From positions 1-64,000 of the IMG/VR virus record IMGVR_UViG_3300012200_000001: a DNA stretch of 64,000 nucleotides. One strand, given 5' to 3'. A model generated the notes under the pieces. That model was not told the origin of the DNA. It saw nothing but the letters and a program-made list of their open reading frames with translations, and made no database searches. Source of the DNA: a virus. Lineage: Duplodnaviria; Caudoviricetes. Made by a program: the position numbers and the translations under genes. Below, in pieces: positions 1 to 8,030 of the stretch; the stretch's first letter is position 1; each line of letters opens with the position of its first letter.

Positions 1-35
1 ACGACCCGAAAGAATTGGAAAAGGGAGGTAGACGC

Positions 36-395
36 ATGACGGGCATGAAGGACCTATTTGGTGATCGGCTCTACGAGCAGCGCCGACCGACACCGACACA
101 GCTCCGCGACGAGGGGCTCGCATTGGTGAAAGAGAACTCGGAGGAGGATGGGAATTGGTTCGGCCGCGCCCTGATGGTGATTGCGGCGATCCCACACGGC
201 TGGACTGGGACGGCGGAGGATATTCGGTTGGACTTTCTCGATGTCCAGCTCGAGCAGCCACACAGCGTCAAGGTCTACGGCAGCCTGACGACGCAGGCGA
301 TCAGGCATCATCTGATTGTGCTGACCGGCGAGCGCCGCCAGATGCGCGGCCCCAAGAGCAACGCCCGAAAAACCGATGTTTACAGGAGACTGTGA
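36..395 (+). CDS. Hypothetical phage protein, possibly winged-helix DNA-binding
   Basis: GGAGG SD at 24-28 before ATG 36; stop abuts the next gene. Confidence 0.6.
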   Translation: MTGMKDLFGDRLYEQRRPTPTQLRDEGLALVKENSEEDGNWFGRALMVIAAIPHGWTGTAEDIRLDFLDVQLEQPHSVKVYGSLTTQAIRHHLIVLTGERRQMRGPKSNARKTDVYRRL

Positions 396-406
396 TGGAG
401 GTTGTT

Positions 407-757
407 ATGAGCTTCGAGGAATTTTGGAAAGTCTATCCACGTCGCATCGCTAAATTTGCCGCCAGAAAGGCATGGGACAAAGCGTTGAAGCACAACCAAG
501 AACATGAAATTCTAGAGGGCGCAAAACGGTATGCTGTTGAACGCGAGGACGAGAACCCTAAATTCACAAAACATCCATCAACGTGGCTTAACGGTGGGTG
601 CTGGATGGATGATCCAGGAGCGAACGGCGGTCACGAGAAGAGCTACGCCGAGCTGGCGGATGATCTGAGACACGATGACACAGGAAGTAGCAGCAGCGAA
701 TCGGACCTATTTGGAGCGACCATCTCTACCCGGTCGCGCTATAACGGACATCATTGA
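407..757 (+). CDS. Phage replication initiator C-terminal-domain-like protein
   Basis: FEEFWKVYPRRIAKFAARKAW and HPSTWLNGGCW motifs typical of phage replisome-organizer C-termini; GGAGG before ATG 407. Confidence 0.65.
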   Translation: MSFEEFWKVYPRRIAKFAARKAWDKALKHNQEHEILEGAKRYAVEREDENPKFTKHPSTWLNGGCWMDDPGANGGHEKSYAELADDLRHDDTGSSSSESDLFGATISTRSRYNGHH

Positions 758-1505
758 CCGTTGCCTGTCGGCCTCGGAGCGTGACGGCCAGCACGCGCTT
801 TATCTGCGGAATATGCCAAGTGCGTCAGAGCGCAGGATGCTTTCCGAGCGTGTGCGGCTCTTGATGGCGTCGTTCAAACACCACGACAGGAAAGAGATTG
901 CGATCCTGATCATGGATATGCTGGCGAGCTATGATGTTGCACAGATCAAGCAGTTGACGGCGGCTGAGCGCAAGGCTGCGGCTGTGATCTACGTGCGGGA
1001 GCTGCAAGGTATTCCAACCTGGGCGGTGCAGGAAGCATGCAATAGGATTCGTCTCGGGACTGCACCGGACATCAGCCATTCTTACAAGCCGACGCCGATA
1101 CAAGTGCGGGTGCTCGCGGTGAGCATTGCGCAGCCATGGAAACAGGAAGCGTTGCGGATTGGGGAGATTCTTGGTGCTCCCGAATATGTGGAGGGTCCGA
1201 GTGAGGAGGAGAGAGAGAGGCTTGCAATCAAATGGCGTTCGCTCGCGGAGGCGTTGAAAGACGGCACGCTTGGTGATGATGGATTGAGAAATGCGCTTGC
1301 TGAAATTGAAAAGGAAAAACGCGAGGCGCTTCTACGTCGCCTTGTCGAGAATGATCGTAAGGTGATTGAACAGGGATGGGCATCGGCCGGTGTGAAGCCA
1401 CCTAAGTTTTTAGTGTCACGCTCGCTGGTGAAGCTAATCGAGGCACAAAAAAAGAATCGTGCGGATGAGCTACCGCACGATCCCCTCGCAGGTCTGGGCA
1501 GCTAA
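675..1505 (+). CDS. Putative helicase loader / replication accessory protein
   Basis: Directly follows the initiator-like gene; YVRELQGIPTWAVQEAC...KPTP pattern resembles phage loader-type proteins. Confidence 0.45.
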   Translation: MTQEVAAANRTYLERPSLPGRAITDIIDRCLSASERDGQHALYLRNMPSASERRMLSERVRLLMASFKHHDRKEIAILIMDMLASYDVAQIKQLTAAERKAAAVIYVRELQGIPTWAVQEACNRIRLGTAPDISHSYKPTPIQVRVLAVSIAQPWKQEALRIGEILGAPEYVEGPSEEERERLAIKWRSLAEALKDGTLGDDGLRNALAEIEKEKREALLRRLVENDRKVIEQGWASAGVKPPKFLVSRSLVKLIEAQKKNRADELPHDPLAGLGS

Positions 1506-1519
1506 AAGTCAGCCTAGCT

Positions 1520-2002
1520 TCATTTTACCCAGTACCCAGCAAGTTGGCGTGCCAGTTCTGCGCACTGCGCTCGTGCGAAAGCAACATTGCGGTATTCTTC
1601 TTCACGCAAACGCAAGTGTGGAAAGCGATGATTGCCCGGCGACAAGTCGTAGGCGTGGGCGCAATCAAAGCCGATCCACCACACATGATCAGGCTCGCCC
1701 GGATCAGGCACATGGCAGACGCCGTGGGAGTTGTCATCCTGCGGCTGGCAACGAGCAGAAAAAGTCACGCCACCGTGGACAAGAAGCTGTAAATAGTCGT
1801 CGTCGTCGTTACAGTCTTTGCCGTACAGCGGATGACCCTCGCTGATGCCGACATACCCACACCATGCGCCGATCCCGCTGCGCACGATCAAACACGGCAA
1901 GCCGGTCGCCTCGTCTGGCCACTGCATCTTGTCAGGCTCGTCATCCCACTCGCCGCGCGGCCAGTCTGATTTATTCACAGTCCGATATTCGATTGTCCTC
2001 AT
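1520..2002 (-). CDS. Conserved phage hypothetical protein
   Basis: WCGYVG..HP, VHGGVTF and WWIGFDCAH motifs; preceded by CCAACGGAGA SD motif. Confidence 0.8.
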   Translation of the reverse strand: MRTIEYRTVNKSDWPRGEWDDEPDKMQWPDEATGLPCLIVRSGIGAWCGYVGISEGHPLYGKDCNDDDDYLQLLVHGGVTFSARCQPQDDNSHGVCHVPDPGEPDHVWWIGFDCAHAYDLSPGNHRFPHLRLREEEYRNVAFARAQCAELARQLAGYWVK

Positions 2003-2004
2003 GG

Positions 2005-2472
2005 TTAATTCTCCGTTGGTTTAGTCTCCGGCATCTCCGGCTTGCGCAGCCTAGGTCCTTGCTTTTCCACCCACTCGAGGGTGCGGGTTAATTCTCGCAT
2101 GGCAGCTTCCAGCTCTTCGGCAATCTTCTGGCCTTCCTCCTGTAGCTTCTTCTTGCGCTCCTCGACTTTCCCTGTGATTTTCTCGAATAGGACACGAGCA
2201 TCCTCGACGATCTTATCGAGCGCCGTACAAGCATCGCCGTGAGCCTGGGTAACGCCGTTGCTCAGCACTTCTCGAGCCTTGGTCATATCGGCAGAGTTGG
2301 CATCTCTCGGCGGGTTTGGTGCGGGTTGGGACGTCGTTCCGCCTGAGCGCAAGGGATGATTGGTGGATGACTTCATAATGTCCCTCTCAAGGGCGGTCAT
2401 GAGTCCTTGTTCATCGCGTCTGCGTGCGTCATCCTCGCGCAACGCCGACAGTGTTATTCGCTTCTCATTCAT
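2005..2472 (-). CDS. Coiled-coil hypothetical protein
   Basis: GGAGGAG SD before ATG 2472; charged helical C-terminal half. Confidence 0.65.
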   Translation of the reverse strand: MNEKRITLSALREDDARRRDEQGLMTALERDIMKSSTNHPLRSGGTTSQPAPNPPRDANSADMTKAREVLSNGVTQAHGDACTALDKIVEDARVLFEKITGKVEERKKKLQEEGQKIAEELEAAMRELTRTLEWVEKQGPRLRKPEMPETKPTEN

Positions 2473-2797
2473 AGTCGTCTTCTCCTCCACGGAAGAATTG
2501 AGCATCGTCCCGCTTACGCTCGTAAGCTTCATCGGGATCTGGCTCCGGTGGGGCTTCCCGTCCGTGATGCGGGCAGTCCCGGTCGATCTTGACGATGTGT
2601 GGTGGATCGATGGTCGCGGTGTCCACCGGACTCCACTGGCATGTGCAGATGCGACGGTGATATTGCTCAGGAAGTGGCTCGACGATTTCGACCTCATCGA
2701 ACTCATCTTCCCATTGTTTGTGGCATTGCGTACAGCGCACGTCGTCGTCATATGCGTTCTCCTGACCGCATGCGGAGCAGTACCAAACCTTCACCAT
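2465..2797 (-). CDS. Zinc-finger hypothetical protein
   Basis: CxxC..CxxC and CxC..CxxH motifs; overlaps the next gene by 8 nt. Confidence 0.7.
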   Translation of the reverse strand: MVKVWYCSACGQENAYDDDVRCTQCHKQWEDEFDEVEIVEPLPEQYHRRICTCQWSPVDTATIDPPHIVKIDRDCPHHGREAPPEPDPDEAYERKRDDAQFFRGGEDDYE

Positions 2798-2801
2798 GCC
2801 G

Positions 2802-2902
2802 CAATTCCCTCGCAGATCATCACGATCATTGTTGTCTCCATAGTTGTGTATCGCTAGCTATGGAGATAGCATGCCCCCCCCAATTCCCTCGCAGATCATC
2901 AC
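2802..2902. repeat. 22-bp direct repeat (CAATTCCCTCGCAGATCATCAC at 2802 and 2881) flanking a 9-bp-stem hairpin and a C8 tract
   Basis: Read directly; stem TCTCCATAG/CTATGGAGA at about 2835-2866. Confidence 0.9.
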
Positions 2903-3189
2903 TGCTTCTCCGTTGGTTCCCTAATGACGTTGCTCACAGCGGCTTGCCCGGCCTCATTCAACCGGGCACCGCGTTCAAGCGCTCGCGTCGACCAAAAGAA
3001 GTTACGGAATGCTTCCTGGATCCCGCAGGGCGTGCAGATGTAGAGATCGCAATAGCGGGAAAGGGCATTGCGCGCCTGCTCTGGATGCAGCCACTCGGCT
3101 TCGCAGGCGGGGCATACCGCGCCGTGAATGTATCGCGACGGCGGCGGCATTGGTTTAGGCTCTTGCCGGTAGTCTGTTCGTTTCGTCAT
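2899..3189 (-). CDS. Zinc-finger hypothetical protein
   Basis: CPAC...NALSRYCDLYICTPCG; SD motif 6 nt upstream. Confidence 0.7.
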   Translation of the reverse strand: MTKRTDYRQEPKPMPPPSRYIHGAVCPACEAEWLHPEQARNALSRYCDLYICTPCGIQEAFRNFFWSTRALERGARLNEAGQAAVSNVIREPTEKQ

Positions 3190-3407
3190 GTCGTTTCTCC
3201 GTTGGTTGGGATCACGTCACGGGCGACAATCAGATAGCAGCGCTGGCCACCGATCTTGCGTATGCGCGCATCGACGACATTCTCGCGTTTGATGTTCCAG
3301 CGCTCATAGTCGTCGGGCGTTGGTTTGTAGCCATCCGTCAACCAGCCGACGTGACGGCGCTCGCGTGGGTTTTTGGGTGGTTGCACGAATACTTCCAGGT
3401 TGGTCAT
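3186..3407 (-). CDS. Hypothetical protein
   Basis: SD motif 5 nt upstream; 4-nt overlap with next gene. Confidence 0.6.
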   Translation of the reverse strand: MTNLEVFVQPPKNPRERRHVGWLTDGYKPTPDDYERWNIKRENVVDARIRKIGGQRCYLIVARDVIPTNGETT

Positions 3408-3431
3408 GTTGATCTCCGTTGGTTTCCGATT

Positions 3432-3605
3432 TCAATTGTCGAGCCGGGAGATTCGATTCAATCTGCTGGCTGCTGCTTCGGCTTCGTCCTTTCGGTCCAT
3501 CCGATAAACAACGTGCATGCATGGGTCGAGGACAAAATAGCCCTGAGCATTTTCATATTTCTCGTTGACCTGTTTCATAAGTTTTGCGGACAATACGGTA
3601 TACAT
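3432..3605 (-). CDS. Small hypothetical protein (57 aa)
   Basis: GGGGGAGAG SD before ATG 3605. Confidence 0.6.
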   Translation of the reverse strand: MYTVLSAKLMKQVNEKYENAQGYFVLDPCMHVVYRMDRKDEAEAAASRLNRISRLDN

Positions 3606-3629
3606 TTGAGTTCTCTCCCCCTGCCGGTT

Positions 3630-3730
3630 CTCTCCGTTGGTGGTGCCCGCCGGTCCGGGGACCAACGGGCACCGTGCTCCGCGTGAGGTGCGGAGCATCA
3701 GGGCGGGCCAACGGAGAGTCACCCGCCCTG
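3630..3730 (-). ncRNA. Structured intergenic RNA element of three consecutive hairpins
   Basis: Stems CAGGGCGGG/CCCGCCCTG, TGCTCCGC/GCGGAGCA and GGTGCCCG/CGGGCACC are visible; function is inferred. Confidence 0.5.
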
Positions 3731-3738
3731 AAATTGCT

Positions 3739-4581
3739 CTACGACTTTAACTTCGCCATCTCTGACGCGAGCATCCATAGGGCACGGTTCAGCTTAATGT
3801 CGCCGTCGATGCCCCTGACTTCACGGGTCGTGGCGGTGCGCCATTGCTGGCGGTCGTTCCGATAGCGGGCGCTAAGTCCACCTTTCGTAGTATTCTCTTG
3901 CACACGGTTGAACACACGCCAGAGATCGTCGCCTCTGTCAGCCTCGCGGCGTGGGTGCAGAAGCTGGTCCGCCTTGATCGGCGTATCGACGTTGCCCTCG
4001 GCATCGCCAAACCGGACGATGTGCGCGGACTCCGCAAATGCCATCTGCTCGTCGCGTGTGAGGTTGATAGTCGGCCAGACCTTGGGGGCCTCAAGCGCCA
4101 GCGGGGCGTGCTCGATAATCTGATACGCTCCGTCGACCACCTGTTTGAGCTGCCGCTCGCGATTGCCAGAATGGCGGATATGGACGGAGGCAATCGTGCC
4201 GTCGTCCACGGTCATACCGTTCAAGCACAGCAGTTTGAATAGGCCAGCACCGAGTTCGTAGGCGGCGGTGCCGTCGTGTGCATTGCGCAGAAAGACTTCC
4301 AGCAGTGTGTCGCCGACTTGCAGTTTCTTCTCTTCGCGATACCGCAAGCGGACCAGGTGCTTTGCAAAGTTCTGACGGTTTGCATCGCGGCTGCGTGATA
4401 CGCGGGCCTCGACGGGCTCGAAGCCCTCCTCGATCAACGCGCCCATCACGTCCTTTGTACTCACGTATACATACCGCTCGCTGCGGGACTCATGCGGCCG
4501 CTCTGCGAAGATCGCAGGAAGCCGTTGACGCATTTCGTCTAGCGACAGGGTGTCGCCAGCGCGGGCTCTTAAGATTGTCAT
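3739..4581 (-). CDS. DUF932 (DUF945) family protein
   Basis: PAIFAERPHESRSERY..ST, KHLVRLR, NAHDGTAAY..AGLFKLLCLNGM, LLHPRREAD..DLWRVFNRVQEN, LNRALW. Confidence 0.92.
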   Translation of the reverse strand: MTILRARAGDTLSLDEMRQRLPAIFAERPHESRSERYVYVSTKDVMGALIEEGFEPVEARVSRSRDANRQNFAKHLVRLRYREEKKLQVGDTLLEVFLRNAHDGTAAYELGAGLFKLLCLNGMTVDDGTIASVHIRHSGNRERQLKQVVDGAYQIIEHAPLALEAPKVWPTINLTRDEQMAFAESAHIVRFGDAEGNVDTPIKADQLLHPRREADRGDDLWRVFNRVQENTTKGGLSARYRNDRQQWRTATTREVRGIDGDIKLNRALWMLASEMAKLKS

Positions 4582-4698
4582 GGTAGTTCTCCGTTGGGTT
4601 GGGTGGGTTTAAAAGAGCCGTTTGCCGCCATGCATTGTATGGGCTCACACGACGACTCTGGCTGCGCAGCCAGTTTGGGGGCACGACTCGACACCGTT

Positions 4699-4836
4699 TC
4701 ACCACACGACAGACCCACAACCATCGTGAGGGATACCCAAAATTAAAATTACAGAAAGCCAGCAGTTTTTGCAAGCATAAAAAACGCCCCGCAAAACGTA
4801 GGTGTTGTTAGGCAGCGGTTGGTCATCGATTGACAT
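4699..4836 (-). CDS. Possible small protein (45 aa)
   Basis: SD motif 5 nt before ATG 4836, but the ORF overlaps the predicted promoter. Confidence 0.3.
   Translation of the reverse strand: MSIDDQPLPNNTYVLRGVFYACKNCWLSVILILGIPHDGCGSVVW
4746..4781 (-). promoter_or_regulatory. Leftward sigma70-type promoter upstream of DUF932
   Basis: TTGCAA-17 nt-TAATTT on minus; shares TTTATGCTTGCA with the 8801-8836 promoter. Confidence 0.6.
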
Positions 4837-4909
4837 GATTTTCTCCGTTGGTATGGTGAGTGCGCCCGCCTTCCTGACAATGGGCGTTCTCAATTCTCCG
4901 TTGGGAACC

Positions 4910-4944
4910 AGGGCCGGGGGAGTTGCCCTCCTCCCGGCCCTTTT
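4910..4944. terminator. GC-rich hairpin with T-run on the + side (terminator-like or stabilising)
   Basis: AGGGCCGGG/CCCGGCCCT followed by TTT, immediately past the stop of 4949-5158. Confidence 0.45.
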
Positions 4945-4948
4945 CTGT

Positions 4949-5158
4949 TCACCATCGCCACTCTGGCGGCAGCTGGCTGTAATACCCGTCACAGCTCTCC
5001 TCGAAACCCATCGCGTGCTCGATCTCACCTGCGAGTCGAGCAATCTCGGCAGCCGCCTTGGCGTGTGCGTACAGCGACAAGAGTTGAGTACAGCGGGCAA
5101 ACTCGAATAGGTCATCCGTCGTTGCGCAGTCGAGATTAGGTACGTCGATGGCGATCAT
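4949..5158 (-). CDS. Small conserved phage protein
   Basis: ARLAGEI..A...E..CD..Y..LP.EWRW pattern. Confidence 0.7.
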   Translation of the reverse strand: MIAIDVPNLDCATTDDLFEFARCTQLLSLYAHAKAAAEIARLAGEIEHAMGFEESCDGYYSQLPPEWRW

Positions 5159-5427
5159 TTGCTCGAGGCTTTCTGCTTAGCTTCGTCAAACTTCTTTTGT
5201 GCCGCGTCTATTTTTGCGTTTTCAATGATTGGTCGCATGAGACGCCTGCAATAAGCTGTAGGATTGCCACCATGGGCCGCAATCGAGCGCGGACCCCCAG
5301 CTGCAATCCTATCCGCACATTCCTTTATCGCCGGATGGTCCCCGAAGGTGTATTCAAACATCAGCACCACGATTATCGCGCTGAGGCCTATGGCTAGAAC
5401 CAGAAATGTTTTTCTAAATCGAGTCAT
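5155..5427 (-). CDS. Membrane-anchored or exported small protein
   Basis: Basic N-terminus then hydrophobic segment FLVLAIGLSAIIVVLMF. Confidence 0.6.
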   Translation of the reverse strand: MTRFRKTFLVLAIGLSAIIVVLMFEYTFGDHPAIKECADRIAAGGPRSIAAHGGNPTAYCRRLMRPIIENAKIDAAQKKFDEAKQKASSK

Positions 5428-5705
5428 TTGGAATGATCCTCCACGGGGATGCCCGCGAGGCCGAAAGATTCGGTGATGACTTCGATGTCGCTGTCTTGCT
5501 GTTCTTTCAGCTGCTCGGCATTGATCGGCATTTCCGCGATGTGCGGCATGCGTGCAATGCAAATGAGTTTGCCGCCCTCCTTGCGGAACATCAGGCCAGA
5601 ACGCGGGACGCCCCAGATGCCTCCCTCTTTGAGTATGCGGAAATGGTTGCGGGACCAGGATACGCTGGCCTCGCTCTTGGGATCGCCGATTGTTTCGAAA
5701 GGCAT
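5424..5705 (-). CDS. Hypothetical protein
   Basis: CCAACGGAG SD before ATG 5705. Confidence 0.7.
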   Translation of the reverse strand: MPFETIGDPKSEASVSWSRNHFRILKEGGIWGVPRSGLMFRKEGGKLICIARMPHIAEMPINAEQLKEQQDSDIEVITESFGLAGIPVEDHSK

Positions 5706-5855
5706 GGTACTGCTCCGTTGGTTTGGTTTTGAGTTTGCGCGGATCGGCGTCCTTGTACGGGTCATGTCTCATTGAAATGGCGGGCCCGCAGGACACCTTC
5801 CGTTTTCCGACCCCCGCGCTGGCCGTCAGGAGTTGTTCCCGCCATTGTCGGTTTG

Positions 5856-6338
5856 TCAGTAGATTTTGAATCCACCGCAGCTGCGCAGGAACATTACGAA
5901 TTCCTGCACATGTTCGGTTTCAAATGGGTACATCGCGTCAGGCGGTCGCTTATGTCCGGTTGTGCCGCATCCGTTGCACGGGATGCCGCCGTTCTTCGGA
6001 TCACCGGCACCACGTTGCGGGACAGCCTTGCGTGTTCCTGTGCCTTCGCACAGCTCACAATCTTCATCGGGCAAACTCTCGATCTCTGATCGGCGAATCC
6101 GTTCGAAGCCCTTGGTTCGCCCGGCATCGATCTCGGCCTGCAGCGCGTCTGCCAGCTTGGCGCTGTCAGCTGCGTTTAGACCGTCGCCGTCGTTGCTTTG
6201 CCAATATTTGCACTTAGCGGTGATCTCCGGCGCGATGTCGCAGACATACGCCGCGAGTGGACGCCAGGACCAGACGGAAGACCGGAAGTATTCGCCTTCC
6301 TTGGTAGTCGGTTTATTGCCGTAGACATCCATTCCCAT
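5856..6338 (-). CDS. Conserved phage protein with DnaJ-type zinc-finger repeats
   Basis: MGMDVYG..YFRSSVWSWRPL; CELCEGTG and CNGCGTTG; F..FLRSCGGFKIY. Confidence 0.8.
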   Translation of the reverse strand: MGMDVYGNKPTTKEGEYFRSSVWSWRPLAAYVCDIAPEITAKCKYWQSNDGDGLNAADSAKLADALQAEIDAGRTKGFERIRRSEIESLPDEDCELCEGTGTRKAVPQRGAGDPKNGGIPCNGCGTTGHKRPPDAMYPFETEHVQEFVMFLRSCGGFKIY

Positions 6339-6339
6339 T

Positions 6340-6711
6340 TCATCCTCCTATTTTGTCGGGCAACTTCATCGCTTTGTTGTAGGCTGGCATCGCGAGGCCT
6401 TTTTCTGCAGCGGCATAACCGAACCAGCGCGCATGCTCGCCATTGCAGAAATATTCGTCGGCGTAGCTCTGACCGTCCCAAGTGTTGTAGCTGTAGATTG
6501 TTCGACGACCGGTACGGTCGTAATTGGTATCAGTCTCATAATGATATTTGACTGACACAATCTGCTCGTTGGTGAGCTTCTTGCAATCCTCGACGGTGGT
6601 TGGTCTATCAAAGTCGTACGTACCAATTCTTCCGACAGGGCGGTGATTAGTACGCTTGGCGATGCGCTTGCCGCACCATCGGCACAGCGGTTGTGTTTGC
6701 GATTTGAACAC
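6340..6711 (-). CDS. Zinc-binding hypothetical protein
   Basis: CRWCGK...YFCNGEHA; GTG start after AAGGAG. Confidence 0.65.
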   Translation of the reverse strand: MFKSQTQPLCRWCGKRIAKRTNHRPVGRIGTYDFDRPTTVEDCKKLTNEQIVSVKYHYETDTNYDRTGRRTIYSYNTWDGQSYADEYFCNGEHARWFGYAAAEKGLAMPAYNKAMKLPDKIGG

Positions 6712-6724
6712 AGCCTTGCTCCTT

Positions 6725-6964
6725 TCAGTCCGGCACGAAGTTGAAATAAAACCGAGGATTGTGCGTGAACTCCATCGAGCCCTTGACGCCGTCAGCCTTA
6801 CGGCGAACAACGACGAACGGAGCCATGAAGCCGATCACCTCGAACTCCTCGCGGAGTTGATCGGTGTCCCAGCGCTGCTTCGCTTCCGCGAGATCGCGCT
6901 GTGGCTGGCCTGTTGCCAGCATGACCATGCGTACGTTCTCAGTGGGATCGTCAGTCATTGTCAT
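6725..6964 (-). CDS. Conserved phage hypothetical protein
   Basis: WDT.QL.EEFEV.GF.APFVVVRRK.DG.KGSMEF.H.PRFYF. Confidence 0.8.
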   Translation of the reverse strand: MTMTDDPTENVRMVMLATGQPQRDLAEAKQRWDTDQLREEFEVIGFMAPFVVVRRKADGVKGSMEFTHNPRFYFNFVPD

Positions 6965-7154
6965 TCTCCTCTGCTGCTTTCACCCATTGAATGTCGAAAT
7001 GCATTCCATCAACACCGTAACCGGTGGCGATCACTTCCTTGTATTTGATCGGCCAGCCTTTGATGCGCTTGCGCATTGCTGCGATAGCTTCGAGCCGTGT
7101 CGCAAACGGTCCGAGCTGTTGTTTCCGGTATCGGGCCCAGTATTCGCGCGTCAT
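6951..7154 (-). CDS. Hypothetical protein
   Basis: Tightly packed in operon with overlaps. Confidence 0.6.
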   Translation of the reverse strand: MTREYWARYRKQQLGPFATRLEAIAAMRKRIKGWPIKYKEVIATGYGVDGMHFDIQWVKAAEENDND

Positions 7155-7435
7155 GTTTGTCTTCCTTCAGCCTTGGCGATGGCGGCGCGGCGCATAGGCT
7201 CGAAGATCACGGCCACGCTAGGGTGATTGCTCTCCTTGAGTATCTGCTCAAGGACTGGATGTGTGGCTATGACGTATAGGTCGGGCGCGGCGGCGATCAG
7301 ATGGGCGTTGGCGCGGACTTCAATGTCGCCCCGGTCTGCCATCGTGTCCCAAGGAACAAGGAGATTCCCGTCTCCGTCTAGGACATGGCCGCGTTTGTTG
7401 ACCTTCCACGGTCCAGGTGTGTGCTGTTCGGTCAT
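7151..7435 (-). CDS. HTPGPW-type phage protein
   Basis: HTPGPW...ANAHLIAAAPDL signature. Confidence 0.8.
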   Translation of the reverse strand: MTEQHTPGPWKVNKRGHVLDGDGNLLVPWDTMADRGDIEVRANAHLIAAAPDLYVIATHPVLEQILKESNHPSVAVIFEPMRRAAIAKAEGRQT

Positions 7436-7437
7436 GT

Positions 7438-7755
7438 TCAGTCCATCCTGCAGGTTTCGTGTGAGCCATCAGGCTGGATGATTGTGACCCAGCTGTAATC
7501 GTGGAAGATGATCAGCTCGTCGCGCAGCTTAGTCATCGCCAATGCCCGCATCGGCGGATCGCCGGGATAGAGCAGTGAATAATTGGCGGTCAGCTTGAAG
7601 CCATTGAACGGTCGCCAGCCGCCGCCATGTTGATAATTGGCGTCGAATTGCTCACGCGCTGGACGCGGATCGTTTTCATCGAGCATGCCTGGCAGCAAGC
7701 CGAGCATGTCCGCTCTCATGTCTTGATGCAGCGCTATCCAGTCCAACATCATCAT
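7438..7755 (-). CDS. Conserved phage hypothetical protein
   Basis: DPRPAREQFDANYQHGGGW..F, YPGDPP, IQPDGS.E..RMD. Confidence 0.8.
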   Translation of the reverse strand: MMMLDWIALHQDMRADMLGLLPGMLDENDPRPAREQFDANYQHGGGWRPFNGFKLTANYSLLYPGDPPMRALAMTKLRDELIIFHDYSWVTIIQPDGSHETCRMD

Positions 7756-8030
7756 GCGCTCCCCTTGGGCGCGGCATCAGCCAAGCCGCCGATCACCATG
7801 TGAATTGCGTAATTACAGCCGGTTTTGCGAATGTCAGTGATGTGGCCGCACTCCTCACAATGTCCGCGCTCGAACAGCTTGTTCGGGGTATTGCCGACGA
7901 TGCGCTTGCCGCAGCCACCGCAAGTCCATTTCTGAAAGAATGTGGCGTTGGGCCGTTCCGCTTGCAGCTTCTTCAATGCGCGAGCGCATTCATTAAGACC
8001 GTAGTCTCGATACTTCGGAGGTTGTGTCAT
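7752..8030 (-). CDS. Zinc-ribbon hypothetical protein
   Basis: CGGC...CEECG...GCNY; AGAGG SD. Confidence 0.7.
   Translation of the reverse strand: MTQPPKYRDYGLNECARALKKLQAERPNATFFQKWTCGGCGKRIVGNTPNKLFERGHCEECGHITDIRKTGCNYAIHMVIGGLADAAPKGSA

Larger units (their letters stand above)
2010..5721 (-). repeat. Dispersed start-associated motif CCAACGGAGA: 8 exact copies plus 1 variant, and one inverted copy at 3708
   Basis: TCTCCGTTGG on + at 2010, 2907, 3196, 3413, 3631, 4588, 4842, 4895; variant at 5712-5721; most lie 5-7 nt before a start codon. Confidence 0.9.

Noticed and set aside
2802-2902. 22-bp direct repeat as a CRISPR mini-array
   Set aside because: Only two copies, a 57-nt gap, no cas genes, and the repeat encodes the shared mini-ORF core
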